Below, piece after piece: positions 10,422-21,751 of a stretch of DNA of 64,000 nucleotides. Source of the DNA: Thiotrichaceae bacterium UBA7357 (lineage in GTDB: Bacteria; Pseudomonadota; Gammaproteobacteria; Eutrophobiales; Eutrophobiaceae); NCBI GenBank assembly GCA_002470825.1, contig DKOR01000014.1:7021-71020 (forward strand). Reading direction: 5' to 3'. Within the stretch, counting starts at the first letter, position 1. Every line of letters starts with the position of its first letter. The position numbers and the translations under genes were made by a program. The notes under the pieces are model-generated. The model was not told where the DNA came from. It made no database searches and worked only from the letters and a program-made list of their open reading frames with translations.

Positions 10422-12308
10422 CTATGTATGTCGTTTTAATGCATTAGTAATTTCACCTAAAATTTCTACATCATCAATTGTTGCTGGTGTATTGTATATT
10501 TCACCGTCAGCAATCTTTTTCATTGTGCTACGCAAAATTTTTCCAGAACGTGTTTTGGGTAATCTTTTTATAATGATAACTTTTTTAAAAGCTGCAACAG
10601 GACCAATATTCTCTCTTACACTTTCAATAAGTTCTTTAATAATGCTGTCTTGGTCAGTCACTACTCCACTGTTCAATACAACTAAGCCCATTGGTAATTG
10701 ACCTTTTAACTGATCATAAACCCCTATCACTGCGCATTCAGCAACTTTTGGATGGGCAGCCAGAACCTCTTCCATGCTTCCTGTTGATAAACGATGTCCT
10801 GCAACGTTGATAACATCACCTAATCGACTCATCACCCAAACATAACCATCTTCATCAATATAACCAGCATCCCAAGTCATATAGTAACCATCATAAACAG
10901 AAAGATAAGCATCAATATAAGCTTGATCATTTTTCCAAAGTGTCTGAGAACAACCAGGGGGAAGCGGCAACTTTAATGCCATTTTTCCCATCTCACCTAC
11001 GGGCAATGGCTCACCTTTTTCATCTAGCACTTCTAAATTATAACCAGGCACTGGTTTTGATGTAGAGCCATGTTTTACAGGAAACTGTTCAAGTCCCATG
11101 CAATTTGCGGTAATAGCCCAACCCGTTTCTGTTTGCCACCAGTGGTCGATGACAGGAATATTTAATTTTTTCTCAGCCCATTGTATAGTTGCAGGATCAC
11201 AACGTTCGCCAGCAAGAAATAGTGATTGTAGTGAAGATAAATCATATTCTTTAATGAAATGACCATCAGGGTCATTACCTTTGATTGCTCTAAAGGCAGT
11301 CGGTGCTGTAAAAAGTGCGTTAACTTTGTGTGTTTCAATAACTCGCCAAAAAGCACTTGCATCTGGTGTTCCAACAGGTTTACCTTCATAAAGAATCGTA
11401 GTGCAACCATATAATAAAGGAGCGTAGACTATATATGAATGCCCCACCACCCAACCAACATCTGAAGCAGACCAGAAGACATCTCCAGGTTTCATATTAT
11501 AGATGTTCTTCATAGACCAGTTTAGTGCAACGGCATGTCCGCCATTATCACGCACAACCCCTTTTGGCTTGCCTGTCGTTCCCGAGGTATACAGAATGTA
11601 CAGAGGATCCGTTGCATTTACAGAAACACAATTTACTGCTTTAGCAGTTACGCTAGAAGCTTGCCAATCAATGTCTCGGCCTTCAATCAAGGCCGCTTCA
11701 TATTGAGGTCTTTGCAAAATAATACAAATTTTCGGTTTATGACTTGCTATTATAATAGCTGAATCAAGTAAGGGTTTATACTTTATGATTTTATTCACTT
11801 CGATACCACAGGACGCAGACAAGATGACTTTTGGTTGAGCATCGTTAATTCGTGAAGCCAGTTCATTCGAAGAGAAACCACCAAAGACAACTGAGTGAAC
11901 AGCACCTAATCGAGCACAAGCCAGCATAGCAATTACAGCTTCGGGAACCATAGGCATATATATGATTATCGTATCGCCTTTACGTACTCCATGTTCTCTT
12001 AATACCCCTGAAAAGTTTGCCGTTAAATCACGCAATTCTTTATAGCTATATCGTTTTATCGTATTTGTTACAGGACTGTCATAAATGAGTGCAATTTGTT
12101 GAGCATGTCCATTTTCAATATGTCTATCGAGCGCATTGAAACAAGTGTTTAATTTTCCGTCTGGAAACCATTTGAAAAAGGGTGGGTTTTTATCATCAAG
12201 AACTTTTGTAAATGCTTCTTCCCAATCTATACCCTTTGCTGCATCAGACCAATATGCTTCAGGCTCCTCTTGTGAACGCTTATAATTTTTTAAATATTCA
12301 GACATCAT
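10422..12308 (-). CDS. prpE: propionate--CoA ligase PrpE
   Basis: 628 aa with strong colinear similarity to E. coli PrpE (NPPFFKWF, YMPM, LACARLGAVHSVVFGGFSS). It sits within the methylcitrate gene cluster. Confidence 0.85.
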   Translation of the reverse strand: MMSEYLKNYKRSQEEPEAYWSDAAKGIDWEEAFTKVLDDKNPPFFKWFPDGKLNTCFNALDRHIENGHAQQIALIYDSPVTNTIKRYSYKELRDLTANFSGVLREHGVRKGDTIIIYMPMVPEAVIAMLACARLGAVHSVVFGGFSSNELASRINDAQPKVILSASCGIEVNKIIKYKPLLDSAIIIASHKPKICIILQRPQYEAALIEGRDIDWQASSVTAKAVNCVSVNATDPLYILYTSGTTGKPKGVVRDNGGHAVALNWSMKNIYNMKPGDVFWSASDVGWVVGHSYIVYAPLLYGCTTILYEGKPVGTPDASAFWRVIETHKVNALFTAPTAFRAIKGNDPDGHFIKEYDLSSLQSLFLAGERCDPATIQWAEKKLNIPVIDHWWQTETGWAITANCMGLEQFPVKHGSTSKPVPGYNLEVLDEKGEPLPVGEMGKMALKLPLPPGCSQTLWKNDQAYIDAYLSVYDGYYMTWDAGYIDEDGYVWVMSRLGDVINVAGHRLSTGSMEEVLAAHPKVAECAVIGVYDQLKGQLPMGLVVLNSGVVTDQDSIIKELIESVRENIGPVAAFKKVIIIKRLPKTRSGKILRSTMKKIADGEIYNTPATIDDVEILGEITNALKRHT

Positions 12309-12418
12309 CTGTCATCTATGTTTAGTTTAATATTCTAATTAAAATATTTTTAGTTTTAGTTTTGCTTATTTAACAATAAGACTTCATTTCTAAAAACCAC
12401 AATACTTTCAAGTTTTAT

Positions 12419-14803
12419 TTAAACATCAACGCCGGCAATATATAGCCAAGTATCAATAACACTATCTGGATTTAACGAAATACTCTCAATACCTTCATCT
12501 AATAACCATTTTGCAAGATCTGGATGGTCAGATGGCCCTTGGCCACAGATACCAACATACTTCCCGGCCTTTTTACATGCCTTGATAGCACGACTTAACA
12601 TAAACTTAACGGCTTCATCACGCTCATCGAATAAATCTGCAACTAACCCAGAATCTCGATCAAGTGCTAAGGTTAATTGCGTCATGTCATTAGAACCAAT
12701 CGAAAAACCATCAAAATATTCAAGGAATTGATCAGCCAAAATCGCATTACTAGGTACTTCACACATCATAATCAACTTTAGGCCTTCTTTTCCTCTTTCT
12801 AAGCCATATTTGGCCAATAAGTCAACAACCTGCTTAGCTTGTCCTAGAGTGCGTACGAATGGAACCATAACCCAAATATTATCCAAACCCATCTGTTCGC
12901 GCGCATAAAGTAAAGCACGACATTCCAATTCAAAACACGCTTCAAACTCATCTGACAAATAGCGTGACGTGCCCCTGTAGCCAATCATCGGATTTTCTTC
13001 TTGTGGTTCGTATCGTTCACCCCCGAGTAAATTGGCATACTCGTTAGATTTAAAATCAGATAAACGTACAATAACTGGATTAGGCGCAAATGCAGCACCT
13101 AGTGTTGAGATACCCTCAACCAAATTCTGAACATAAAATTCCACTGGGCTTGCATAAGCTTTGATACATTCATCAATAGATTTTTTTATTACCTTTTCTT
13201 GATCATCGTAGTCTATTAAAGCACGTGGATGTATACCGATCTTATTATTTATAATAAACTCTAATCTCGCTAAACCAACACCAGCATTAGGAATCGATGC
13301 AAATGACATAGCCTTTCCAGGATTGCCCACATTCATCATTATTTTTAAAGGTGCAGGTGGCATATTATCTAATTCTGCTCGATTCACCTGAAAGTCCAGT
13401 TTACCTTCATAGATAAGTCCGCTTTCTCCTTCTGAACAGACCACAGTTATAACATCATCATAATTAATTTTATTAGTTGCATCACCACAGCCTACAACCG
13501 CAGGAACACCTAATTCTCGTGCAATAATTGCGGCATGACAAGTTCGTCCTCCTCGATTCGTCACTATCGCAGATGCACGTTTCATTACTGGTTCCCAATC
13601 AGGATCAGTCATCTCTGTCACTAACACATCACCCTCTTGTAGATCATCCATGTCTTTCAATTCTTGGATGACTCTTGCTTTGCCAATCCCTATCTTTTGA
13701 CCTATTGCAGCACCTCTAATAAGCAAATTTCCTTTTTCATTTAACTGATAACGTTCAATTATGTTTTTATTTTCACGACTTTGTACTGTCTCAGGTCGCG
13801 CCTGCACGATATAAATTTTATTATTATTACCATCTAAAGCCCATTCAATATCCATAGAACGACCATAATGTTTTTCTATTATTACAGCCTGTCGTGCAAG
13901 TTCTTCTAACTGTTCATCGTTTAGACAAAATATCGCAGAATCCTTAGCTAATACTTTTATGGTTTTTACCAATTCATCATTATCGGAAGAATCGTCATAT
14001 ATCATTTTAATCGCTTTACTACCTAAACTACGACTTAGTACTGATGGCCTACCCTGCGCTAAAGATTTTTTATAGACATAATATTCATCAGGATTTACTG
14101 CGCCTTGAACTATAGTTTCTCCTAAGCCATAGCTTGCTGTAATAAATACAGCATCATCAAAACCAGATTCCGTATCAAGAGTAAACATAACACCACTTAC
14201 GCCCAGATCGCTACGAACCATAAGTTGTAGACCCACTGATAAAGCTACTTCTTCATGAGCAAAGTTCTGATGCACACGATAAGCAATAGCTCTATCATTA
14301 TATAGTGATGAGAAGACCTCTTTAATTCTAAACAAGATATCGTCAATACCAGATACATTTAAAAATGTCTCTTGTTGACCTGCAAATGAAGCGTCTGGTA
14401 AATCTTCAGCGGTTGCTGATGATCTTACCGCAATAGAGCACTCGTCATCTCCATCACTCATTTCTTCATAAGCATCCTCTATGGATTTTTTTAATCGATC
14501 TTGAAATGGCGATTCGACGATCCATTGACGAATTTCTTTCCCGACCGATATCAGTTGTTTAACATCATCAACATTCAATTCTTTGAGCCTGAGTTTTATA
14601 CGCTCACGTAATTGATTATGATCAAGAAAATCCCAGAAAGCTTTGGCTGTTGTTGCGTAACCTCCAGGGACATTCACATCAGCCTCGGATAAATTACTTA
14701 TCATTTCTCCCAGTGACGCGTTTTTACCGCCTACGGTTCCCACATCTTTCATTCTTAATTCTCGTAGAGGCTGAATGTAGTCATTAGCTACCATTTTTTT
14801 CAT
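12419..14803 (-). CDS. ppsA: phosphoenolpyruvate synthase (pyruvate, water dikinase)
   Basis: 794 aa. The N-terminus [17 protein letters not shown] matches the PpsA hallmark, and a PEP-utilizing / PEP-mobile His domain architecture follows. Confidence 0.95.
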   Translation of the reverse strand: MKKMVANDYIQPLRELRMKDVGTVGGKNASLGEMISNLSEADVNVPGGYATTAKAFWDFLDHNQLRERIKLRLKELNVDDVKQLISVGKEIRQWIVESPFQDRLKKSIEDAYEEMSDGDDECSIAVRSSATAEDLPDASFAGQQETFLNVSGIDDILFRIKEVFSSLYNDRAIAYRVHQNFAHEEVALSVGLQLMVRSDLGVSGVMFTLDTESGFDDAVFITASYGLGETIVQGAVNPDEYYVYKKSLAQGRPSVLSRSLGSKAIKMIYDDSSDNDELVKTIKVLAKDSAIFCLNDEQLEELARQAVIIEKHYGRSMDIEWALDGNNNKIYIVQARPETVQSRENKNIIERYQLNEKGNLLIRGAAIGQKIGIGKARVIQELKDMDDLQEGDVLVTEMTDPDWEPVMKRASAIVTNRGGRTCHAAIIARELGVPAVVGCGDATNKINYDDVITVVCSEGESGLIYEGKLDFQVNRAELDNMPPAPLKIMMNVGNPGKAMSFASIPNAGVGLARLEFIINNKIGIHPRALIDYDDQEKVIKKSIDECIKAYASPVEFYVQNLVEGISTLGAAFAPNPVIVRLSDFKSNEYANLLGGERYEPQEENPMIGYRGTSRYLSDEFEACFELECRALLYAREQMGLDNIWVMVPFVRTLGQAKQVVDLLAKYGLERGKEGLKLIMMCEVPSNAILADQFLEYFDGFSIGSNDMTQLTLALDRDSGLVADLFDERDEAVKFMLSRAIKACKKAGKYVGICGQGPSDHPDLAKWLLDEGIESISLNPDSVIDTWLYIAGVDV

Positions 14804-14842
14804 AAAATTCCTTTCTCAATAAATCTTTAAAATTACTTTTTT

Positions 14843-15673
14843 TTAATTATTTTTTAATAATTTTTTTTCTTTTACTATATTTACAGCAATTTCTTCAATC
14901 GATATCGCTGTCGAATCAAGAACAAATATACCTGCTTTATGCATCATGACTTCTGCTCGTTTAACTTCATGTTGACACTTTTTTAATGTGGCGTAAGGAG
15001 TATTCGGTCGTCGCTGTTGACGAACAGCACTAAGTTGATCAGCGCGTATGGTGAGACCAGCAATTTTATTGAGATGAGGCAATAAGAATTCAGGTAATTT
15101 CTCATTATCAAGATCATCATCAGTTAAAGGATAATTAGCTGCTTTCAATGAAAAATGCATCGCTAAATATAGGCAAGTCGGGGTTTTTGCAGAACGTGAT
15201 ACTCCTACTAATATAACATCAGCCTTGTCGAATAAATTTACTCTAATTCCATCATCGTTTTTAAGAGTGAAGTCGATCGCATCCATTTGTTTTTTATAAT
15301 CTTCATCACCAAATTCTTCATGTGGCTTTCCTATAGTATGTGATGACTTTATGTCTAGACTCTTTTCAAGAGGCTCTATAAATGAATTAAACAAACTGAT
15401 TACACATGCATCTGTAGTAGATATAAATTTTTGGAGGTTATCATTTACTAGTGTACTGAAAACAATCGGTTGAACACCACTTTCTTCATATTCTTGCTGA
15501 ATCTCACCTGCCACAAAAGAAGCTTCTATCTCAGTTATCACAAAAGCAAATGTTTTATCTGAAAAATCAACATCATCAAACTGTGAAAGCAAACTTTGCC
15601 CGAGTGACTCAGCTGTTTTTCCTGTTCGATCTGAAACATAAAAAACAGAACGTTTACTTTGTTTATTATTCAT
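14843..15673 (-). CDS. ppsR: PEP synthase regulatory protein (bifunctional kinase/pyrophosphorylase, DUF299)
   Basis: 276 aa with the P-loop-like ILVGVSRSAKTPTCLYLA motif typical of PSRP. It lies directly upstream of and co-directional with ppsA. Confidence 0.9.
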   Translation of the reverse strand: MNNKQSKRSVFYVSDRTGKTAESLGQSLLSQFDDVDFSDKTFAFVITEIEASFVAGEIQQEYEESGVQPIVFSTLVNDNLQKFISTTDACVISLFNSFIEPLEKSLDIKSSHTIGKPHEEFGDEDYKKQMDAIDFTLKNDDGIRVNLFDKADVILVGVSRSAKTPTCLYLAMHFSLKAANYPLTDDDLDNEKLPEFLLPHLNKIAGLTIRADQLSAVRQQRRPNTPYATLKKCQHEVKRAEVMMHKAGIFVLDSTAISIEEIAVNIVKEKKLLKNN

Positions 15674-15768
15674 TTTAAAATTTAAAAAAGCTGAGCTAGC
15701 TCACAAATACAGAAGACACCACGATTTAATAAAAAAAATAAGCTACTTGTAATCAACGCGGCAGGAAA

Positions 15769-16923
15769 TTATTTCCGTTTATCAATAGGAATAAATTTTT
15801 GATTCTTCGGACCAACATAATTTGCACTGGGTCGAATAATCTTACCATCCTCACGTTGTTCAATTACATGCGCTGCCCATCCAGATGTGCGTGCAACAAC
15901 AAATAGCGGAGTAAACATTGCTGTTGGAACATTCATTAATGAATAAGACACAGCCGAATACCAATCAAGATTAGGAAACATTTTTTTCTCCGCCCACATT
16001 ACTTTTTCAAGACGCTCAGCAATCTTATACATCTTCATGTTTTTAGCTTTAATTCCTAAACTTTTGGCTACACTTCTGATCATTTTATTACGTGGATCAC
16101 CCGTGGTATATACTGGATGCCCAAAACCAATAACAATTTCTTTACGCGATATACGTTCTTTTATATCTGCTTCCGCTTCACTAGGATTTGCATAGCGAGA
16201 CTGTATTTCAAATGCAACTTCATTAGCCCCACCATGTTTTGGCCCACGTAAAGCACCTATCGCGCCCGTTATACTGGAAAACATATCTGAACCTGTGCCA
16301 GCGATAACGCGACCAGTGAATGTTGAAGCATTATATTCATGTTCAGCATAAAGATTTAATGACGTATGCATTGCTCGAACCCATGTATCAGAAGGTTTAT
16401 TGCCATGTAGTAAATGTAGAAAGTGACCGCCGATGGAATCATCATCTGTTTCAACTTCAATACGCGTTCCATTAACTGCATAGTGATACCAATAAAGTAA
16501 CATAGAAGCAAAGCTCGCCATTAATTTATCGGCTATATCTCTTGCTCCTGCTGAATTATGATCTTCTTTTTCAGGCATTACTGCACCTAATACAGAACAA
16601 CCCGTCCGCAATACATCCATCGGATGAGCCGAAGGTGATAATTGCTCAAGAGAATTTTTCACAGCGATTGGTAAACCACGCAATGATTGTAATTTTATTT
16701 TGTAAGCATTGAGTTCAACTACCGTAGGTAATTTACCATGCACCAAAAGATAAGCAATTTCTTCAAACTCACAATTATCAGCTATATCGAGAATATCATA
16801 ACCGCGATAATGTAGATCATTACCTGTTAAACCGACTGTACATAAAGCGGTATTTCCTGCGGCCGTTCCACTTAATGCAACTGACTTTTTAGGTTTTGGT
16901 TTTTGTATTGTCTTTTTAGTCAC
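15769..16923 (-). CDS. prpC: 2-methylcitrate synthase (citrate synthase family)
   Basis: 384 aa citrate-synthase fold sequence. It overlaps methylisocitrate lyase by 4 nt (prpB-prpC order). Confidence 0.85.
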   Translation of the reverse strand: MTKKTIQKPKPKKSVALSGTAAGNTALCTVGLTGNDLHYRGYDILDIADNCEFEEIAYLLVHGKLPTVVELNAYKIKLQSLRGLPIAVKNSLEQLSPSAHPMDVLRTGCSVLGAVMPEKEDHNSAGARDIADKLMASFASMLLYWYHYAVNGTRIEVETDDDSIGGHFLHLLHGNKPSDTWVRAMHTSLNLYAEHEYNASTFTGRVIAGTGSDMFSSITGAIGALRGPKHGGANEVAFEIQSRYANPSEAEADIKERISRKEIVIGFGHPVYTTGDPRNKMIRSVAKSLGIKAKNMKMYKIAERLEKVMWAEKKMFPNLDWYSAVSYSLMNVPTAMFTPLFVVARTSGWAAHVIEQREDGKIIRPSANYVGPKNQKFIPIDKRK

Positions 16924-17810
16924 GGATTATCTCCTGAAAATAATTCATTTAATTTTTTTTCGTAATCATGATAAGCCAGATAATCATAAAGTTCTTCTCT
17001 GGTTTGCATTAAATCAACTACATTTTTTTGTGTGCCTTCTTCGCGTAAGCTTGAATAAACTTTTAATGCTGCAGCATTCATTGCACGAAATGCCGACAAC
17101 GGGTACAAAGCTAAACTGACATTTACTGAAGCGAGTTCTTCGATGGTAAATAAGGGTGTTGAGCCAAACTCGGTAATATTAGCAAGTACTGGTACACCGA
17201 CAGCATCGACAAACTTTTTATACATACTAAGTTCCGTCATTGCTTCGGGAAAGATCATGTCCGCACCCGCTTCAACACAGGCACATGCGCGCTCAATTGC
17301 AGCATTGAGTCCTTCAACTGATAAGGCGTCAGTTCTTGCCATAACAACGAAGTCAGAGTCGACCTTAGCATCTACAGCAGCCTTAATCCTATCAACCATC
17401 TCTACTTGTGTAACTATTGATTTATTAGGACGATGTCCACAACGTTTTTGTTGAATTTGATCCTCAATATGAACCGCTCCAGCTCCAGCTTTAATCATTG
17501 AACGTATCGTTCTTGCTATATTAAATGCTCCACCCCAACCAGTATCAATATCGACTAATACTGGTAAATTAGTTATGTCTGTAATGCGGCGAAGATCGAC
17601 TAAAACATCTTCCAAACTAGTAATTCCCAGATCAGGTATGCCACACGATCCTGCTGCGACACCTCCACCTGAGAGATACAACGCTCGATAACCAGTGGCG
17701 TCAGCTAAACGTGCATGATATGCATTTATAGCACCGACAACCTGCAATGGTTTTTCCTCTTCGACAGCAAGCCGAAACCGTGCACCTGGTGAATTAACCT
17801 TGTCGCTCAT
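16920..17810 (-). CDS. prpB: 2-methylisocitrate lyase
   Basis: 296 aa in the PEP mutase / isocitrate lyase family with PrpB-like motifs ([35 protein letters not shown]). Confidence 0.9.
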   Translation of the reverse strand: MSDKVNSPGARFRLAVEEEKPLQVVGAINAYHARLADATGYRALYLSGGGVAAGSCGIPDLGITSLEDVLVDLRRITDITNLPVLVDIDTGWGGAFNIARTIRSMIKAGAGAVHIEDQIQQKRCGHRPNKSIVTQVEMVDRIKAAVDAKVDSDFVVMARTDALSVEGLNAAIERACACVEAGADMIFPEAMTELSMYKKFVDAVGVPVLANITEFGSTPLFTIEELASVNVSLALYPLSAFRAMNAAALKVYSSLREEGTQKNVVDLMQTREELYDYLAYHDYEKKLNELFSGDNP

Positions 17811-17830
17811 TGAAGTAACTTCCTCTTTAA

Positions 17831-18520
17831 TTAATCTGAAATAGCAAGATGTTCATCGAGCATTTTTTCAACAGTTCTACGTGAACTGCGGATATGTCTC
17901 GTCATCAAAAATTGTGCCAACTCACCATCATGCTGACGAATAGCATCCACAATTTGTCCATGCTCTACAAATGCTCGTGGCACACGTTTACTCACCATCC
18001 CAAACTGATATCGATATAATCGGATTAAGTGATAAAGGTCATTTATATACATTTCAATCAAATGGTTATTTCGACTGCCTTTAATTATTCGACAATGAAA
18101 GTCCATCTCACCTTCTTTTTGATAATAACTTTGATCTTGTTTGATATGTTGCTCATGCTTGTCGAGCAGTACATCGATTTCATTAAGTTCTTTATCTGAC
18201 ATATTTTTTGCAGCTTGCCTTGCAGCTAAACCTTCAAGTGACTCGCGAATAAGGTAAATTTCAACCAAATGTTGTCTCGTCAATGAGATGACACGTGCGC
18301 CCACATTTGGTTTACGTTCAATTAACTTACACGCTTCTAGTCGACTTAATGCCTCACGTAATGGCCCTCTACTGATACCAAATTGATTTGCCAAAGCCGG
18401 TTCACTTATTTTTGATCCCGACGGTATAATCCCTTCAACGATCGCTGTCTGTAATTTATTACATATGCTATCTGCTATTGTTAATGAAGCTATTGGCTCA
18501 TTTTTATTTGATTCATACAT
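17831..18520 (-). CDS. GntR-family (FadR/FCD subfamily) transcriptional regulator, probable methylcitrate operon regulator
   Basis: 229 aa with an N-terminal winged HTH ([25 protein letters not shown]) and a C-terminal FCD-like domain. It lies 20 nt upstream of prpB on the same strand. Confidence 0.8.
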   Translation of the reverse strand: MYESNKNEPIASLTIADSICNKLQTAIVEGIIPSGSKISEPALANQFGISRGPLREALSRLEACKLIERKPNVGARVISLTRQHLVEIYLIRESLEGLAARQAAKNMSDKELNEIDVLLDKHEQHIKQDQSYYQKEGEMDFHCRIIKGSRNNHLIEMYINDLYHLIRLYRYQFGMVSKRVPRAFVEHGQIVDAIRQHDGELAQFLMTRHIRSSRRTVEKMLDEHLAISD

Positions 18521-18536
18521 AAATGATTAATGCAAT

Positions 18537-18611
18537 ATTGTTGACAATTTGTCTTTTTAAGGATGTGAATATGATCAATATTATCATTTTAAGGCAATAA
18601 TTGTTGACAAT
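18537..18611. promoter_or_regulatory. two copies of ATTGTTGACAAT (palindromic TTGT-N-ACAA cores) in the GntR/prp promoter region; candidate GntR operators
   Basis: Identical 12-mers occur at 18537-18548 and 18600-18611, 52 bp apart, 17-90 nt upstream of the GntR regulator start. They fit the generic GntR-family operator form (T-GT-N-AC-A). Confidence 0.4.
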
Positions 18612-18631
18612 ATCCAATGTTTATACCTAAT

Positions 18632-19960
18632 TTAAAATATAAAAATCATTGATAAACCAATAAGAAGTCCAGACCAAAGAACTATTACAGTACAGTAGCC
18701 CATAATATCTTTGATACTCAAACCAGCTATCCCGAGCAATGGTAAAGCCCAAAATGGTTGAATCATATTTGTCCAAGCATCACCAAAAGCTACGGCCATA
18801 GCCGCTTGGTTTAAAGGAACTCCAAGTGCTTGAGCTGCAGGTATTACGATCGGAGCTTGAACGGCCCATTGACCACCACCTGATGGAACAAAGAAATTAA
18901 CAATTCCTGCACTAAGAAAAGTGAATAGTGTGAATGTATCAATCGTAGAAATACTAATAAACCATTCACTGATTGAAACGGCAAGCCCTGAACTCACCAT
19001 CATTCCCATGATTCCGGCATAGAGAGGAAACTGCAATACAATTCCCGTTGTACTTTTAATTGCCTCATTTAAGGCACGCAAATAATTGGCTGGTGTCTTT
19101 TGTAATAATAGCCCTATCATGAGGAAAATCATATTAAGACTATTAAGTCCAAGTTTACCTCCATCCATGAAGTAACAAGTTATGTAATAGAGTCCCATAC
19201 CACTCAACAACAAGGAAACTAGCATACTATTTTCGAGCTTTTCAGCAGGAGTCATATCACTCAATGGAATAATGTTTTCTACTTCTTGATCTCTTATCTC
19301 TTCTGAAATTTCAATTACTTGATCAGGAGGCGGCATCATCAAACGATAAACCATCGGGACAGTCAATATTAACAATGCACAGATCGTCAATACTTCTGAA
19401 CTAAAAATAGTTTCACTTACGGGAATAGACCGTCCTTCCAATAGTATCCCCAGACTATCACCATCAGCAACTGCGATCTTTAACGGAATGGAGCCAGACA
19501 AACCAGCATGCCAAATTAACATGCCAGAATAAGCTGCTGCAACAAGAAGTGGATAATGCACACCTTTCACTCTTTGAGCAATTTCTCTTGCAAAAAGACC
19601 ACTGGCAATTAAACCAAAACCCCAATTGATCCAGCCAGAAATTAACGCTATGAAAGTCATTAATACTATTGCTTGACCGGGTGTCTTAGCAATCCCACTG
19701 ATTAAATGTAATAGACGCTTTACAAGTGGTGTTTTAGCCAGAACGTACCCCGTGACCAGTGTCAATAAGGCTTGCATAGCAAAAGTTAACAGATTCCAAA
19801 TTCCGTCACCCCAAAAGTCAATCATCTGATTGACTGACCTATCCTCGACAACAACACCACTAATTAATACTACAAATGTAAGAATGATTGCGAACAAAAA
19901 GGCGTCAGGTAACCAGCGTTGCATTACGCGAGTAAAGAAATTAGCTAATGATTGAACCAA
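18632..19960 (-). CDS. atoE: short-chain fatty acid transporter (AtoE family)
   Basis: 442 aa polytopic membrane protein. Its N-terminus and overall pattern are consistent with the AtoE/SCFA transporter family. It is adjacent to the propionate catabolic genes. Confidence 0.75.
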   Translation of the reverse strand: MVQSLANFFTRVMQRWLPDAFLFAIILTFVVLISGVVVEDRSVNQMIDFWGDGIWNLLTFAMQALLTLVTGYVLAKTPLVKRLLHLISGIAKTPGQAIVLMTFIALISGWINWGFGLIASGLFAREIAQRVKGVHYPLLVAAAYSGMLIWHAGLSGSIPLKIAVADGDSLGILLEGRSIPVSETIFSSEVLTICALLILTVPMVYRLMMPPPDQVIEISEEIRDQEVENIIPLSDMTPAEKLENSMLVSLLLSGMGLYYITCYFMDGGKLGLNSLNMIFLMIGLLLQKTPANYLRALNEAIKSTTGIVLQFPLYAGIMGMMVSSGLAVSISEWFISISTIDTFTLFTFLSAGIVNFFVPSGGGQWAVQAPIVIPAAQALGVPLNQAAMAVAFGDAWTNMIQPFWALPLLGIAGLSIKDIMGYCTVIVLWSGLLIGLSMIFIF

Positions 19961-20103
19961 AGCAGGCCTCTCTATTATCTTAAGGTTTATTTTTAGAACG
20001 TTAATATAATTATATCGATATAGAGATAGTCATTTTGTTTTAAACAGTAAGACTATTCTTTACTTAAAAAAAGCAATCGAAGTTACTATGTGATATGTGA
20101 AAT

Positions 20104-20742
20104 TTAAGCTTCTGCACTTGGTCGTGCCAAAACCTTTTCATACCATTTTTTTGTTCTAGTATTCGCATCTGGGATATGAATATCGGACCACTTGGCAAAT
20201 CCAATTGAACAAGTAGCAGTAATATCAACCATAGTAAATTGATCTCCGGTTAGATATGGCCCATCTTCAAGATATTTTTCTAACCACCAAAAAAAACGAT
20301 TTAATGTCTGATTACCGCGATCAATCAATGCCGGAATAGCTGGAATATTATCTTTTCCGCCACCTGGAATACCTCTCTTTAAAAACTCCTTATGTTGATT
20401 TCGAAACACTTCAGAACAAGATATCATGCCATCAAATTCCATCTTACGTTGACGCATGGTCACAATTGCTTTTTCTTTTAGATCCCGACCGAGTAATGCA
20501 GGCTCCGGCTGAACCTCTTCGAAATAACGGCAAATAGCCATCACCTCATCAATATATGTACCATCATCAAGTTCAAGTACGGGTAATAAGCCACGTGGAT
20601 TTACAGCAAGAAAATCATCTTGCAGATTTTCACCAGCAAGTATGTCAATTTCAATTTTTTCTAGCTTAATGTTTTTTTCAGCTAAAAAGATACGTGCGCG
20701 CCGTGGATTGGGTGCAACATGACAGTCATATAATTTCATCAA
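20104..20742 (-). CDS. glutathione S-transferase
   Basis: 212 aa with an N-terminal thioredoxin-like GST domain (KLYDCHVAPNPRRARIFLAEK). It is a paralog (about 45% aa identity) of the ORF at 49349-49978. Confidence 0.85.
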   Translation of the reverse strand: MMKLYDCHVAPNPRRARIFLAEKNIKLEKIEIDILAGENLQDDFLAVNPRGLLPVLELDDGTYIDEVMAICRYFEEVQPEPALLGRDLKEKAIVTMRQRKMEFDGMISCSEVFRNQHKEFLKRGIPGGGKDNIPAIPALIDRGNQTLNRFFWWLEKYLEDGPYLTGDQFTMVDITATCSIGFAKWSDIHIPDANTRTKKWYEKVLARPSAEA

Positions 20743-20846
20743 TTCTCTCCGTAACTTATTTATCTTATTTTTTAAATTTGAGATATTGCAAATTTTAGCG
20801 CTTTGATAGTTGAAGAACTTAGTAAAATTATCTATCTATATTTCAC

Positions 20847-21278
20847 CTACTCTTCCATCAGCACTTCAGTTAAATCTAGTTTCCAAACATCATTCACAAG
20901 AACCCAATGATCAATTTCTTTTTCAATAATTGGAATAACATTAAATACATCACTCGCCTTAGTCCAAGCATGCACACGTGCCTTGTCACCATCTACATCA
21001 ATAGCCGTCACACCACCTTCAATTAAATCAACTTGAGCTTGTTTCATAACACCTTCCCAGTCTTCAACATACTTTTCTTTGGTACGTCCATCTCGCATAT
21101 TCTCTGTAACCATATCGTATGCCGTAGCAAAATCTTGAGACTGTACTGCGTTAAAATAGGTTTGCTGTAATGCTGCTATAGTCACGCGAACTTCATCATC
21201 GCCCCCACAAAAACCTACCCTGAACATAGAAAAAAGTAGTATTAACGTAATAAAGATTGTTTTTATAATTTTCATCAT
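20847..21278 (-). CDS. hypothetical secreted protein (signal peptide; SnoaL/NTF2-like suspected)
   Basis: 143 aa with an N-terminal hydrophobic signal sequence. No recognisable catalytic motifs. Confidence 0.5.
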   Translation of the reverse strand: MMKIIKTIFITLILLFSMFRVGFCGGDDEVRVTIAALQQTYFNAVQSQDFATAYDMVTENMRDGRTKEKYVEDWEGVMKQAQVDLIEGGVTAIDVDGDKARVHAWTKASDVFNVIPIIEKEIDHWVLVNDVWKLDLTEVLMEE

Positions 21279-21309
21279 TAAGTATCCTTAGATCAAAGCT
21301 AGAATTGAC

Positions 21310-21744
21310 TTAGCCTAATATTTTTGTCATCTGGTTGGACGTAGGAGCGTAACTAAAATTTTCAAGATCAGACTCAAGGCATGTCCAGCTTTGAGCACTA
21401 CTAGTCCAAACTTCAACTTGGGCAGAAAACCGATTGGGATTATCCAAACTTGCAGCCCACAGTCCCATGAGGTCAGGAACAAGTTCCGCATCAATAAATA
21501 AAGGACAACCACAATTTGAACAGAAACCACGGTTCACAGCATTACCACTATCAGCTTTAACCCTATAGTATTTTGCTTTCCCTTTTATGAAAAGTGCTTT
21601 TTTTGGAACATACATTACAGGGCATAACATACTACCACTAGCACGCTGACAATCACGACAATGACATTTCCACGAAAACGTAGGCTCAGCAGTACATTCA
21701 TATTGTATTGCTTGACATGCACATGTCCCCGTTAACGAGTTCAT
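21310..21744 (-). CDS. GFA-family protein (glutathione-dependent formaldehyde-activating enzyme / CENP-V fold)
   Basis: 144 aa with the Cys-rich zinc motifs typical of the GFA family (CHCRDCQRASGS, CSNCGCPLF). Confidence 0.8.
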   Translation of the reverse strand: MNSLTGTCACQAIQYECTAEPTFSWKCHCRDCQRASGSMLCPVMYVPKKALFIKGKAKYYRVKADSGNAVNRGFCSNCGCPLFIDAELVPDLMGLWAASLDNPNRFSAQVEVWTSSAQSWTCLESDLENFSYAPTSNQMTKILG

Positions 21745-21751
21745 AATTTCA

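Noticed and set aside
15682-15693. 12-bp perfect palindrome TGAGCTAGCTCA followed by CTTTTTT between prpC and ppsR, considered as a prpC terminator
   Set aside because: As a hairpin it gives only a 4-bp stem with a 4-nt loop, which is too weak for an intrinsic terminator. It may still be a protein-binding site, but there is no supporting evidence.
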